From Candidatus Latescibacterota bacterium (GTDB lineage: Bacteria > Latescibacterota > UBA2968): 64,000 nt of DNA. A program made the translations under genes and the position numbers. How positions within the stretch are numbered: position 1 is the stretch's first letter; each line of letters starts with the position of its first letter. Location: contig OZ240241.1 of the NCBI GenBank assembly GCA_965198115.1, positions 1,120,001 through 1,184,000 of the forward strand. The letters run 5' to 3'. Shown piece by piece: positions 11,330 through 21,458 of this stretch. The notes beneath the pieces are model-generated. The model did not search any database. It was not told the DNA's origin and was given only the letters and a program-made list of their open reading frames with translations.

Positions 11330-11903
11330 ATCCCTGACCCGTGCCAGACCGCCACCGAATGCGGTGGCGGTCTTGATCGGACCGAAGGAGAACAACGTTA
11401 GATCGGAGGTCGCGTGTCCCGTCCACCCCGGCCCGGCGTACGCCTCGGCGCAATCTTCCACTAACTGCACGCCACGATCTCTCGCCATCGCCATGGCACC
11501 GGACACGTCCACCCTGGCCCCATACAGGTGGGTGAAAACGAGCACGCGCGTGCGCGGAGTCATGGCCGCGGCCAGCGCATCGAGATCGGGTTCGGTGGAA
11601 AGCGGGTCGAGATCGACCGACGCGACCTCGAGGCCGTGCTCCCGCGCGATGCGCGGCATGTCCGCCACCGTCAAAGCGGTGAACAGGATGCGGTCCCCAG
11701 GCGCCCATCGGTTCACGGTGAGATACAGGTCGAAGAGGCTGCGCACGGACAGACCGACCATGCCCTGGCCCTGTGGCGACCACAGGGCCTCGACTCGTTC
11801 CGTCGCCCCTTCCCCAGTCGGTGAGGCACACGCCCATATAGCGAACAACCAATCATCGAAGGAGAAGTCGAGACGCTTCGATGCCCACGCCTTCACGGGC
11901 ATG
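11330..11903 (-). pseudogene. DegT/DnrJ/EryC1/StrS PLP aminotransferase N-terminal fragment
   Basis: VFTHLYG, LVEDCAEA, FSFGPIKTATAFGGG. Confidence 0.8.
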
Positions 11904-12135
11904 ACCAGCTCAGAGGGCCGCCTGGTAGATGCGGTACCCTCTTGTATGGGGCAAGTCCAAGCTGGGTGGCGAGGCTGTTCACGTCGTCGTTGATGTCCTG
12001 TGTCCAAGACAGCTCACCCGACGCATACCGGGTCTGCGCCCGCGTGATCGCTTCGTAGATGAGCAGGGCCGTGCCGCCCCGCTTTCGATACTCGGGCAGC
12101 ATGGCGAATACCGCCCACCGGCCCTGAATGCTACG
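11900..12135 (-). pseudogene. GNAT acetyltransferase C-terminal fragment
   Basis: MLPEYRKRGG acetyl-CoA loop, GELSWT..N, PYKR. Confidence 0.65.
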
Positions 12136-12457
12136 CCCGAAGGAGAAGTCGAGACGCTTCGATGCCCACGCCTTCACGGGCATGATACAGGTCGAAGAGG
12201 CTGCGCGCGGACAGACCGTCTTGCCCACTGGCGTACCGCCATTTTCATAGGTCCGTGTCCCTTCTTTAAGCGCCCCCTCCGGGGGGCTGTTCCGAGCCTT
12301 CCCGCAGGGATAAATGAGGACGAGAGTGACCCCCCGGTTTTGGGGGGAATCTCGGTGAACTCTCCTAACCAGAAGCGATGACAACCCGGTAGAGCAGACC
12401 GAAGACGGTCGTGGCAAGCAGACCGATCAGCGGCCAGATCACCCGCTGGAGAACGTT

Positions 12458-12605
12458 TCAGCGCATCCCGCGCCATGTTTTCGCGGGCGAGTGAGATCAC
12501 CTTGAAATCGGTATGCTCGCGCAAGCTCGCCCAAGCAGAGGCGGACCCTTGCTTGTCGGCGTCGATCAAAAGGACATTGTGCCCGTTACGGGCCAACCCA
12601 GCGGC
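12458..12605 (-). pseudogene. ParA-family ATPase fragment
   Basis: NVLLIDADKQGSASAW motif. Confidence 0.7.
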
Positions 12606-12648
12606 AAGGAGCTGGACAAGTCCATCAAGAGCGCGAAAGATCGAGAAA

Positions 12649-12904
12649 GCGAGGCAAAATGACCGTGCAGTGAAAAAGAGGGGTCGGGGGAGACCCAGGA
12701 AGTATGATCGCGTGGTTTCCTTACCAAAAGTGCCCGAAGATGTAAAGGAAGTTTTGAGGGCCCGCGCCGAGGCCGAGGGGATGACGCAGACAGATTTACT
12801 GATTAACCTAATACTGACACATCAGGTGTAGGTGTAGGAATCCACCAAGACGGTAGGAAAGGAACTCAGCCCCCGGTCGAACGATCGGGGGCCTTTCCTT
12901 TTTC
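12649..12904 (+). repeat. Inverted copy of 10463-10719 (AT-hook/RHH gene with early TGA, plus terminator)
   Basis: Near-identical reverse complement; CAG CCG AAG AAG has become CAG TGA AAA AG. Confidence 0.9.
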
Positions 12905-13285
12905 AGACAGCTATATCCAACCTCACGGAGCCAGTTCGTGGCGGCTGATCGGGTCTGGGGCGATATGAACGACAGGGCCCCTTTGGCAACAGGAGAAGCC
13001 ATCGTCAGGGCCGCACTGGCCACGTAGTCATACCACGTCTTCGGCTCAGAAAGGCCCTCGACCTGGGCTGCCCCCATCGTACCGAGCAGGCCGTGATCCA
13101 CCACGTGACAAGCTTCGTTGGGGGATGTCCGATCCAGAACCAATTCCTTAGAACTGCTCACACAAGTGGTTTGTGACACGTGTCCGATTCGCGGGTTCTC
13201 TTATAATATGAGGAGCCCCTGCTGCCTCCGAGCGTTAAAGAAGGCGAACCCGCTCATCCACATCGCCCTGTTCCAGGAGCCTCTC

Positions 13286-13801
13286 GTGCGAACCGATCGA
13301 TTCCTCACGCTTTTGGTCTTCCTACTCGCCTCATCGGCCGAGTCGGCGGACATCGCCCCCGACTTCAACTTGAAAACACCGGAGGGCAAAAGGCTTCACC
13401 TGCAAGCCATGTTGGAGGAAGGGCCCGTTCTCCTCGACTTTTGGGCGACCTGGTGTAAACCCTGCCTCAAAGGCATGCCCAAGATCCAGTCCATCTACGA
13501 GACGTATCGTGAACGGGGCCTTGCAGTCGTGGGGGTGAACGAAGACGGCCCACGCGGGCAGGCCAAGGTAAAGCCTTTCGTCCGCGCACGGAAAATCACC
13601 TTTCCCATTGCGCTCGATTCCGACGGCCGGCTGATGAAGCGCATTCGTGCCGTGACCCTGCCCACGACCATCCTGATCGATCGCGACGGAGAAATCGTTC
13701 TGCGTCAGAGTGGCTACTCACCCGAAGGCGAACAGGCTCTGATCGACGCCATCGAATCTCTGTTGACACCGACCCGAGACGGGGAATCAGCCGAATCGTG
13801 A
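13286..13801 (+). CDS. TlpA/ResA-family thiol-disulfide oxidoreductase, exported
   Basis: AGGAG + GTG start, signal peptide, APDFNL, DFWATWCKPC, LPTT cis-Pro loop. Confidence 0.92.
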   Translation: MRTDRFLTLLVFLLASSAESADIAPDFNLKTPEGKRLHLQAMLEEGPVLLDFWATWCKPCLKGMPKIQSIYETYRERGLAVVGVNEDGPRGQAKVKPFVRARKITFPIALDSDGRLMKRIRAVTLPTTILIDRDGEIVLRQSGYSPEGEQALIDAIESLLTPTRDGESAES

Positions 13802-15366
13802 GCTGCGCGTCTCATCATCCCCGACTGTTCTACGCCGTGCTTCTCCTGCTTTCTCTCGGGCCTGGCAACGGCTCAGCTCAGCTTTCCTTCACCAGTCTGA
13901 CCGAAACGCAGCGAGGCCGGGTCCCCAACGAAGACGCTGAGGCCTATTCCAATTTCTACGAGCAGCTCAACGTCGACTACATAACCAACCGGATTCAGGC
14001 CGGAGGACGGCTAGAAGTTTACCGCGCCACCGCAAGCGATCGAAGTTTGACCTTCCTGAGCCAGCGATATCTCTCCTGGTCGACCGGGCCCGCCTACCTG
14101 ACAGCCGGCAATTTCCAGGGCATCCTCGGAAGAGGACTCACGCTCCGCGCATTCGAGCTCCCGGGCGTCATCCTCGAGAACACCCTGTTTCGGCGTCGAC
14201 ACACGAGTACGTCCGATATGGAAGGTGTTTTCGGATCCTGGACGCACGACCGTTTTGAAATCAAGGCTCTCTCGGGTCGACCGGTAGCGGGCGACATTCC
14301 CCCCGGTTTCCCCGACACCCTTAACACGTTCGATCGCCTCGTCGGTCTCGGCGGCGATCGTCGGCAGGACTGGGTCACGGGCGGGGAAGTCAGTTTCGGC
14401 CTCCGCAACTTCCGAGTGGGAGCAACTGCGATTCATCTACGTCCCAAGCGCAGCGACCGCAGCCACGCGTGGTCGTGGCTCGCCGGTCTCGATCTGACGC
14501 CCACCCTCTCCCGGCTCGGAATACGCGACGCCTACGGTGAACTCTATGTAGAAATCGCCAGACGCGAGGGGACGACCCCGGGGGGACACGGTCGCTACGT
14601 CTCCTCGGATTTTGGCGTGGGATCCTTCGGACTGAGCATCGAGTACAAGGATTATGACAACTTCAATCTCCTCGCCAACGATCCTCCCCAGCTCGTCCGG
14701 GAGCACTCTGCCTTCCTGCTGAACAGAACGACGCATGTCCTTGAAACTTTCAACGAGAAAGGCTACCAGATCGAAGCCATCTATCCGGTCCCCGGACTCG
14801 GCACTGTGACGGGCAACGTGAGCTACGGAAAGAATGTGCTGGCGCCGACTGTCTCGACCGTGTTCGACGAACGGTTCGTCTCACTTGACCTCGATGTCTT
14901 GCCGCCCACCCACACGGCTTCCGTCTTTTTCGATTGGGGAAAGGACGAGTTGGACGGGCGCCGTGCCCGGAGGACGGGTGGCATCCTCCTTGGGACGACG
15001 GCTGTGACCGAGCAGATCTTCGAGCTCGATCTGCAGCTTCAGCGAGGGAAGCTTACATTGAGTGAGGAACCTTCCTACTGGGACACGTATGGCGCGCTCT
15101 CGTGGCAGTCGTCCCGCGGTTTTGGTATTGCCCTCGTCGCGGATCGATCGACCGATCCTCTGGAAACGGACATTCCAACGACGTTCGATATCGCGGAGAC
15201 CGAACCGGTCGTCTTCTGGTCGGTTAACGTGAGTGGACGGTTCGGCCCACACGAGGGATTGCTCTTCATCGGCGAAAGACGAGGCGGAACCGCGTGCACG
15301 TCCGGGACGTGTTATGAAGTGCTGGCGTTCAGAGGAGCGGAATTCCGGCTGACGACAAGATTCTAA
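13798..15366 (+). CDS. DUF6029-like outer-membrane beta-barrel protein
   Basis: Signal peptide, AGNF.GILGRGLTLR, EYKDY, C-terminal GERRGGTACTSGTC...TTRF ending in Phe; GTGA overlap with the tlpA-like gene. Confidence 0.75.
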   Translation: MSCASHHPRLFYAVLLLLSLGPGNGSAQLSFTSLTETQRGRVPNEDAEAYSNFYEQLNVDYITNRIQAGGRLEVYRATASDRSLTFLSQRYLSWSTGPAYLTAGNFQGILGRGLTLRAFELPGVILENTLFRRRHTSTSDMEGVFGSWTHDRFEIKALSGRPVAGDIPPGFPDTLNTFDRLVGLGGDRRQDWVTGGEVSFGLRNFRVGATAIHLRPKRSDRSHAWSWLAGLDLTPTLSRLGIRDAYGELYVEIARREGTTPGGHGRYVSSDFGVGSFGLSIEYKDYDNFNLLANDPPQLVREHSAFLLNRTTHVLETFNEKGYQIEAIYPVPGLGTVTGNVSYGKNVLAPTVSTVFDERFVSLDLDVLPPTHTASVFFDWGKDELDGRRARRTGGILLGTTAVTEQIFELDLQLQRGKLTLSEEPSYWDTYGALSWQSSRGFGIALVADRSTDPLETDIPTTFDIAETEPVVFWSVNVSGRFGPHEGLLFIGERRGGTACTSGTCYEVLAFRGAEFRLTTRF

Positions 15367-15556
15367 GGCGATTCGCCCGATATCCGCAGTCATCCAACGT
15401 GTCAAGGCCAATCACACCGATTCCAGATTTTAGACTTTTGTGATTCTTTCTACGTTGGAATCGCCCATATTTTAGGGTCGGAAAGTCCGGAAACAGAAAA
15501 GGGCCGTAGATAACTGGCTGTTTACCATCCATTTAGCAATTGTCGAGAAAATCGAA

Positions 15557-16840
15557 ATGCGAATCATCACGATCGCTCTCGCCGGATGCCTGATTTTGGG
15601 TCTCTCTTCGACGGCCCAGTCTCAGACCCGGCCCGGCAACCCGATTCACGACTTTACTCTGCAGGATCTGAACGGGAACAGCCACCGCCCGAATCAATAC
15701 AGCGGTCAGGTCCTTCTCCTCTTCCTCCTCGGCCATAACTGAGGCATTTGTAGAGCGGCGGCGCCGCTCGTGCAACGTGAAGTCGTCGATGTGCACCGGC
15801 AAAAACCCGTGCAGATGCTGGGCGTCGGGGAATGGCTCGCAGTCGCAGCTGTCCCTGTTCCGTTCAGTGACGGGGGTCGACTTCCCGCTGCTGCAGAGAG
15901 CGGGAACGGGCGGAATCCCCTGGGGTCTGGGCGTTGAGAACATCGTCGTGGTCAACCAGGAAGGAACCATCCACGACATCTTCGACATCTCGGATCGTCG
16001 CCGGCTCAACGAGGCGGTCGACTTCCTGCTCACACCCGTGCCTGCGCCGGTATCCCGGCTTAACCGATCCTCGCTCGACTTCGGCTCAACCGGAATCGTC
16101 GGAACCGACATCAGCATCATCCTCACGGTCGAAAACACCGGAGACGCGCTCCTCGAAGTCTCGAGCATCACGTCGGACCACTCCGACATACGGTTCGATC
16201 AGAGCACGTTTACGGTCAACCCCGGGAGCCGCGAAGACGTCACCGTCACCCTCTCCCCGGCGGATGCAGGCTCGATCTCCGGTCGCGTCACGGTCACCAC
16301 AAACGACCGCACCTGGACGCTACTCGTCGACCGGATCACCATCGAACGGCCGCTGCCGATGATCGCCCTACCGGCATCTATGCTCGACTTCGGTACGATC
16401 GAGGTTGGACGCGCCGATTCCCGGGGGCTGGAGATTCGGAACGATGGACCGGGTCCGCTGAACGTGACGGATGTGCGGACGGACATTCCGGGCATCACAT
16501 TCTCCGCCCGTGTCTTCACCGTAGCTGCAGGTGAGGTTTCCACGATCACCATCCTCGTGGACGCCCAAACCGAGGGCCTGATCAGCGGCATCGTCGAGAT
16601 CATCAGCAACGACCCCGATATGATGAGCTCGACGTCACGGTCTCCGCTACGGCAGAGATCGACGTCGCAGATGCACGCGCAGACTTCGATGGCAGCGGCA
16701 CGATCGACTTTACCGACTTCCTAGGCTTCGCGGTCGCCTTCGGTACATCCGATTCGGCCTACGACATCAACGAGAATGGCCAGGTCGACTTCGCAGACTT
16801 TCTGACCTCTGCACAGAATTTCGGGAGAGTGGTAAACTAG
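15557..16840 (+). CDS. Secreted selenoprotein: UxxC redoxin + two Ig-like (ASH/choice-of-anchor D) domains + double EF-hand/dockerin-like tail; two compensating frameshifts (~15829, ~16620)
   Basis: DFTLQDLNG..VLLLFLLGHN-TGA-GIC; the frame continues RAAAPLVQREV..VQMLGV; two LDFG..N.G..L.V repeats; tail ADFDGSGTIDFTDFLGFAVAFG..YDINENGQVDFADFL. Confidence 0.8.
15753..15769 (+). promoter_or_regulatory. Candidate bacterial SECIS hairpin
   Basis: GAGCGGC-GGC-GCCGCTC perfect stem with G-rich loop, separated by 10 nt from the in-frame UGA (15740-15742). Confidence 0.65.
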
Positions 16841-17427
16841 AGCCGTTCGCGAGCAGGGAAGCCTATTCTGGACGAAAGGCAGAACGGTACGGATCAGATC
16901 AATGGATTGTCGGCTTGTCCACTGCGATGGTCGAGATGGCCTGTTGGCGTGCTCGCTTGCCGGAAAGTACCACCGCGTGAAGTTCTTTCTCCACGATGCG
17001 TGAGAGTTCCACCACATTCTTGAAGGTACTCATCATGTCCTCTTGCGACGCCGATGGTGCCAGTTCTCTTGCCATGAGGCCGAGAGTGCCGTGCAGCATT
17101 GCGTTGATATCGGCGAGATGACTCAGAGCTTCGTTGGCCCGTTTGGGTAGGTTGATGACTTCTTCGTCGCCGAACAGGCCAAGTTTTGGAAGGCGTCTAC
17201 CTGCAGTCTCTCGATTCGTCTCCGGGTCCTGGAAAGTGCAGTGTCGGCCTGTCCAAGTCCCAAGGCGAGAGTCCGGTACGCCGAAACCATCGACAGGTCG
17301 TCCTGCACGACCTCGCTATCCGCCTCCACAGACCTCGCGGTCGCCGACAGGCCGGTTGGCCGCGCGAAGAGCTCGGCGACGACCAGCCGCCTGCACCGGC
17401 ACGTCTGCCCACCTCTTCTCGCCGCCT

Positions 17428-17663
17428 GCACACCAACGTATGCCTCCTGGCTAAACCAGGTAGAGATCTGGTTCGGCATCATCACACAAAGAGCAATCCG
17501 ACGAGGAACCTTTCGGAACGTCAAGGATCTGATCACCTGCATCCAGAAGTTCACAGACCAATACAATCAGAACTCAAAGCCTTTCGTGTGGACGGCAACC
17601 GCTGACTCGGTCCTCGATAAACTCAACAGACTTCTAAAACTTATTCGCGGGACACGACACTAG
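17428..17663 (+). mobile_element. IS630-family transposase C-terminal remnant with right end
   Basis: TPTYASWLNQVEIWF..KPFVWT; ends GGGACACGACACTAG. Confidence 0.85.
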
Positions 17664-17938
17664 TGGCCTGTTACAGACTCGGACTGTGTTTTGAGTCTTT
17701 AGGATTCTTTTGTCGGAGGCGTTTTTATTTGGCTATATCTGGATCTCTCAACTAGATGAAGTGGGTGAAGGTGCCGTAGTTCCTGGCATGGTCACCGTTG
17801 AGAAACCCGGATAGAGCCTGAAAAATAGACGACAGTTGTCAAGGCCATGCGGCGGCATTTGCTTGCGATGTCTTGAGGCGCCGGCACGTGGCTCAGCCCC
17901 AAACCGCCCTACCACCCGCCAACCAGGAGTGACTGACA

Positions 17939-20900
17939 ATGTTCGGCGACTTCACCCGTCGTATCCGGCCCGCACACCTCGCATGGCCGCTCTTTGCTCT
18001 GCTGCTTTTTTCCCATTCCCAAGGATCGGCCCAGGTGACATTGACCGGCACCGTGGTGGATGCCGACGATGGCCTCGGATTGCCCGGAGCCAACATTGTC
18101 GTTGAGGATGCCGTGACGGGAGGCGCCATCACCGATGCGCAGGGCGCCTTCAGAGTCGACGTCGACCGCCTGCCCGCGACCTTGATCGTCAGTCATATCG
18201 GCTACGAGACGAACAGGGTGGTTGTCAGCGAAAACGTGGCCATCGAAATCATGCTGCGCGGGGTCGCTGTGGAAATGGAGGAGCTGGTTATCGTCGGCAG
18301 TCGCGCGGAGGGGCGCTCGGTCACCAAGTCGGCCGTACCGGTCGACGTCATCCGGGCTGAGGACTTCGCCCGCCAGGGCAGTATCGACCTGGCAGATCAG
18401 TTGCGGACCGTCGTCCCCTCCTTCAACATCAACATTCAGCCGATCAGCGACGCGGCGACCATCGTCCGGCCGGCGAACCTGCGCAACTTGGCGCCCGATC
18501 ACACGCTGATCCTGGTCAACGGCAAGCGCCGCCACCGCGCGGCGGTCATCGCTTGGCTCGGCAACGGTATCGCGGACGGCTCGCAGGGGCCGGATATTTC
18601 CGTCATCCCCTCGATTGCGATCCGGCAGGCCGAGGTACTGCGCGACGGCGCTGCGGCACAGTACGGCTCGGACGCCATCGCCGGCGTCATGAACTTCCAA
18701 CTCAAAAATGCCCGATCGGGCGGTAGCCTGGAGTTGCGTACAGGAGCCTACCGCGATGCGAGCCCGGGCGACACGTCAACCTGCGGGGAAGGAATCATCG
18801 GCGACATCAAGCATTCCTGTAACGGGATCGGCGGACATGGCCGCCGGTTCACGATCGCCGGCAATGTCGGGCTGCCGCTCGGTCCGAACGGGTTCGTGAA
18901 CCTCAGTATGGAGTACGGCAACGCCAGTCCGACCAGCCGCAGCATTCAGCGCAACGATGCGCAGGCCATCATCGCAGCCGGCAATACAAACCTGCGCAAC
19001 ACGGCGCAGGTCTGGGGATCGCCGGAAATCGAGGACGACCTGAAGCTGTTCGGCAACTTCGGCTACCTGTTCGACAACGGATTTCAGTTCTACGGCCACA
19101 GCAACTTCACGAGCCGCAGGGTGACCGGCGGATTCTACTTCCGCAATCCGCATACGCGCGGCGGCGTGTTCCGCGGTCACAGACTTCACCCCATCTCTCG
19201 CCTCAACGTATACAACGCCGACGGCGTGTTCACGAATTTCCCCGATCCCAAGGAGCTCGACCCCGAGGAGTCTGATCACCGCGACGCCATCGTTTACGAT
19301 GCAAACGGCCAAGTCGCGAGCCTCCCCGGGCAGGCGGGCACCCCTTCGCTCCTCGTCGGCGACCGGCGCTGGGCCGAGACCGGCGCCTACGCCGCAGGCG
19401 GCTGCGCCACGATCCCGATCGTCGGCAACGTTCCGGATGCGGCCGCCCTCAGGGCGGTCGAGGACGACCCGAACTGCTTCACGCTCTACAGCCGGTTCCC
19501 CGGCGGGTTCACGCCGCAGTTCGGCGGCGACCTCATCGACTATTCACTGGTCAGTGGCCTTCGCGGGTCCATGAGCAACGGCTTGATTTGGGATGCGAGC
19601 GTCAACATCGGCACCAGCGACGTTAAACAGTTCATCTTCGATACGGTCAACGCGTCGCTCGGCTACGACACGCCGACGTCGTTCAAGCCGGGAAGCTACC
19701 GGCAGGACGATATCAACTCCAACTTCGACGTCTCGTACCAGGTCAACGATTTCGTGCACGCCGCGGGCGGCGCGGAGTGGCGCCAGGAAAAGTTCACGAT
19801 CGGCGGGGGCGGGCGGCCGTCGTGGGAGATCGGTCCGTATGCCGCACAGGGCTTCAGTTCCGGTTCGAACGGCTTCAACGGCTACCGGGAAGACACGACG
19901 GCGGGGGACTGGAGCCGCAGCAACATTGCGGCCTACGGGGACGTCGAGTTCACCGACCCGGGCGACCGGTGGATGATCGGTACAGCCGTCCGGTTTGAAA
20001 ACTTCGAGGACTTCGGCACAACGACGAACGGCAAGGTCTCAGGGCGCGTCGGGTTGACCGACGCGGTCTCTCTTCGCGCCGCGGTCAGCAGCGGGTTCCG
20101 CGCGCCGACTCCGGGGCAACAGAACGCGTTCAACGTGACGACCGCGTTCATCGGAGGGCAGTTGACCAACAACGGCGTTGTCCCGTCCACGTCCGCGGTG
20201 GCCATCGAAAGGGGCGGCGAGCAGCTCCAGCCTGAGAAGTCGCTCAACTACAGCGCAGGCGCAGTGGTCGAGCAGGGGCCGCTCACCTTCACCGCCGACT
20301 TCTTCCGCATCGACATCGACGACCGCCTCGCCCTTTCCCAAGAAATCAAACTGACGGAAAGCGAGATCCAGACGCTGCTCGCGGAAGGGATTGCCGAGGC
20401 GCAGAATTTCCCGGTGTTCCGGTTCTTCCTGAACGACTTTTCGACGACGACCCAGGGCATCGACCTGATTTCGACCCTGGCGGTCGGGTCCACGACGTTC
20501 AGCGCGGTCTTCAACTACACGGACACGGCGATCAAAAACGTCGAAGCCGACACCGCCATCGATGAATTCCGCATCTATACGCTGGAACAGGGACTGCCGA
20601 AGACCCGGTGGAACTTGACCGTCAACCACACCGCCGCACGGTGGAGCCTGCTGGCCCGCCTGAGCTACTTCGGCGAGTTCTGGGACAGCGAGGATGCGCG
20701 GAACGCGAACGACCTGGGCGCCGTGAGCGAATCCGTTCTGTATCCGGCCTATTCCGGCAAGGCGCTGCTCGACGTCGAGCTCGGTATTCCGCTCGTCAGC
20801 GGCGCCACGCTGGCGCTCGGCGTCCAGAACGTGCTGAACACCTACCCCGAGGTGAACAAGAACGGCGCGGACACGGTGGGCAACCAGTACGGCCAGTTCT

Positions 20901-20965
20901 CGCCGTTCGGCTTCAACGGCGCCTACTACTACACCCGTCTCGGTTATTCCTTTGACAAGCCGTAG
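17939..20965 (+). CDS. TonB-dependent receptor with N-terminal CarboxypepD_reg-like domain
   Basis: Signal peptide, LPGANIVV, plug TLILVNGKR and EVLRDGAAAQYGSDAIAGVMN, GFRAPT, LQPEKS, C-terminal LGYSF. Confidence 0.95.
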   Translation: MFGDFTRRIRPAHLAWPLFALLLFSHSQGSAQVTLTGTVVDADDGLGLPGANIVVEDAVTGGAITDAQGAFRVDVDRLPATLIVSHIGYETNRVVVSENVAIEIMLRGVAVEMEELVIVGSRAEGRSVTKSAVPVDVIRAEDFARQGSIDLADQLRTVVPSFNINIQPISDAATIVRPANLRNLAPDHTLILVNGKRRHRAAVIAWLGNGIADGSQGPDISVIPSIAIRQAEVLRDGAAAQYGSDAIAGVMNFQLKNARSGGSLELRTGAYRDASPGDTSTCGEGIIGDIKHSCNGIGGHGRRFTIAGNVGLPLGPNGFVNLSMEYGNASPTSRSIQRNDAQAIIAAGNTNLRNTAQVWGSPEIEDDLKLFGNFGYLFDNGFQFYGHSNFTSRRVTGGFYFRNPHTRGGVFRGHRLHPISRLNVYNADGVFTNFPDPKELDPEESDHRDAIVYDANGQVASLPGQAGTPSLLVGDRRWAETGAYAAGGCATIPIVGNVPDAAALRAVEDDPNCFTLYSRFPGGFTPQFGGDLIDYSLVSGLRGSMSNGLIWDASVNIGTSDVKQFIFDTVNASLGYDTPTSFKPGSYRQDDINSNFDVSYQVNDFVHAAGGAEWRQEKFTIGGGGRPSWEIGPYAAQGFSSGSNGFNGYREDTTAGDWSRSNIAAYGDVEFTDPGDRWMIGTAVRFENFEDFGTTTNGKVSGRVGLTDAVSLRAAVSSGFRAPTPGQQNAFNVTTAFIGGQLTNNGVVPSTSAVAIERGGEQLQPEKSLNYSAGAVVEQGPLTFTADFFRIDIDDRLALSQEIKLTESEIQTLLAEGIAEAQNFPVFRFFLNDFSTTTQGIDLISTLAVGSTTFSAVFNYTDTAIKNVEADTAIDEFRIYTLEQGLPKTRWNLTVNHTAARWSLLARLSYFGEFWDSEDARNANDLGAVSESVLYPAYSGKALLDVELGIPLVSGATLALGVQNVLNTYPEVNKNGADTVGNQYGQFSPFGFNGAYYYTRLGYSFDKP

Positions 20966-21128
20966 TCTCTAAACGCTACGTTGCGCTGGCGTTCGCTTGC
21001 CGAGCTGGTATCCGGCACCTGGAGGTCTCTCGGGCCGAGGTTGGCGCTCTCCACCGTGACCGCGCACGGACAGGTCGTACTCGATCTGGATGTCGCGACA
21101 GGCAACCAGGGCGTCCGTGAGCGGACTG

Positions 21129-21176
21129 CATTTTCAGGTAAGCGCCACCTTTAGGTGGCGCTTGGTTTCCAACCGA
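21129..21176 (+). repeat. Partial IS200 3' end
   Basis: CATTTTCAGGTAA.CGCCACCTTTAGGTGGCGCTTGGTTTCCAACCG matches ~8805-8851. Confidence 0.8.
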
Positions 21177-21458
21177 GGTTGGAGGTCGGAACTTTGTTCA
21201 TCGAGCCGGGCAGCCCGTGGGAGAACGGATACATCGAGAGCTTCAACGGGAAGCTCAGAGACGAGCTACTCAACGGTGAGATCTTCACGACCTTGGAGGA
21301 GGCTAGGGTGTTGACCAAGTGGTGGCGCTGGCAGTACAATCACATCAGACCACACAGCTCATTGGGCTATCGCCTACCTGCACCTGAAGCGGTCACCAAA
21401 CCGCTCACCGCAGCCATATCCTAACTCTGGATGTGGACACATAGATGGGGGCAGGTCA
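21177..21458 (+). mobile_element. IS3-family orfB C-terminal remnant with right IR
   Basis: IEPGSPWENGYIESFNGKLRDE..RPHSSLGY; ends GGGGGCAGGTCA. Confidence 0.88.

Noticed and set aside
16899-17427. Minus-strand coding fragments
   Set aside because: No recognisable family and no clear start; left unannotated
17664-17938. Cobalamin or TPP riboswitch upstream of the TonB receptor
   Set aside because: No B12-box or TPP consensus recognisable
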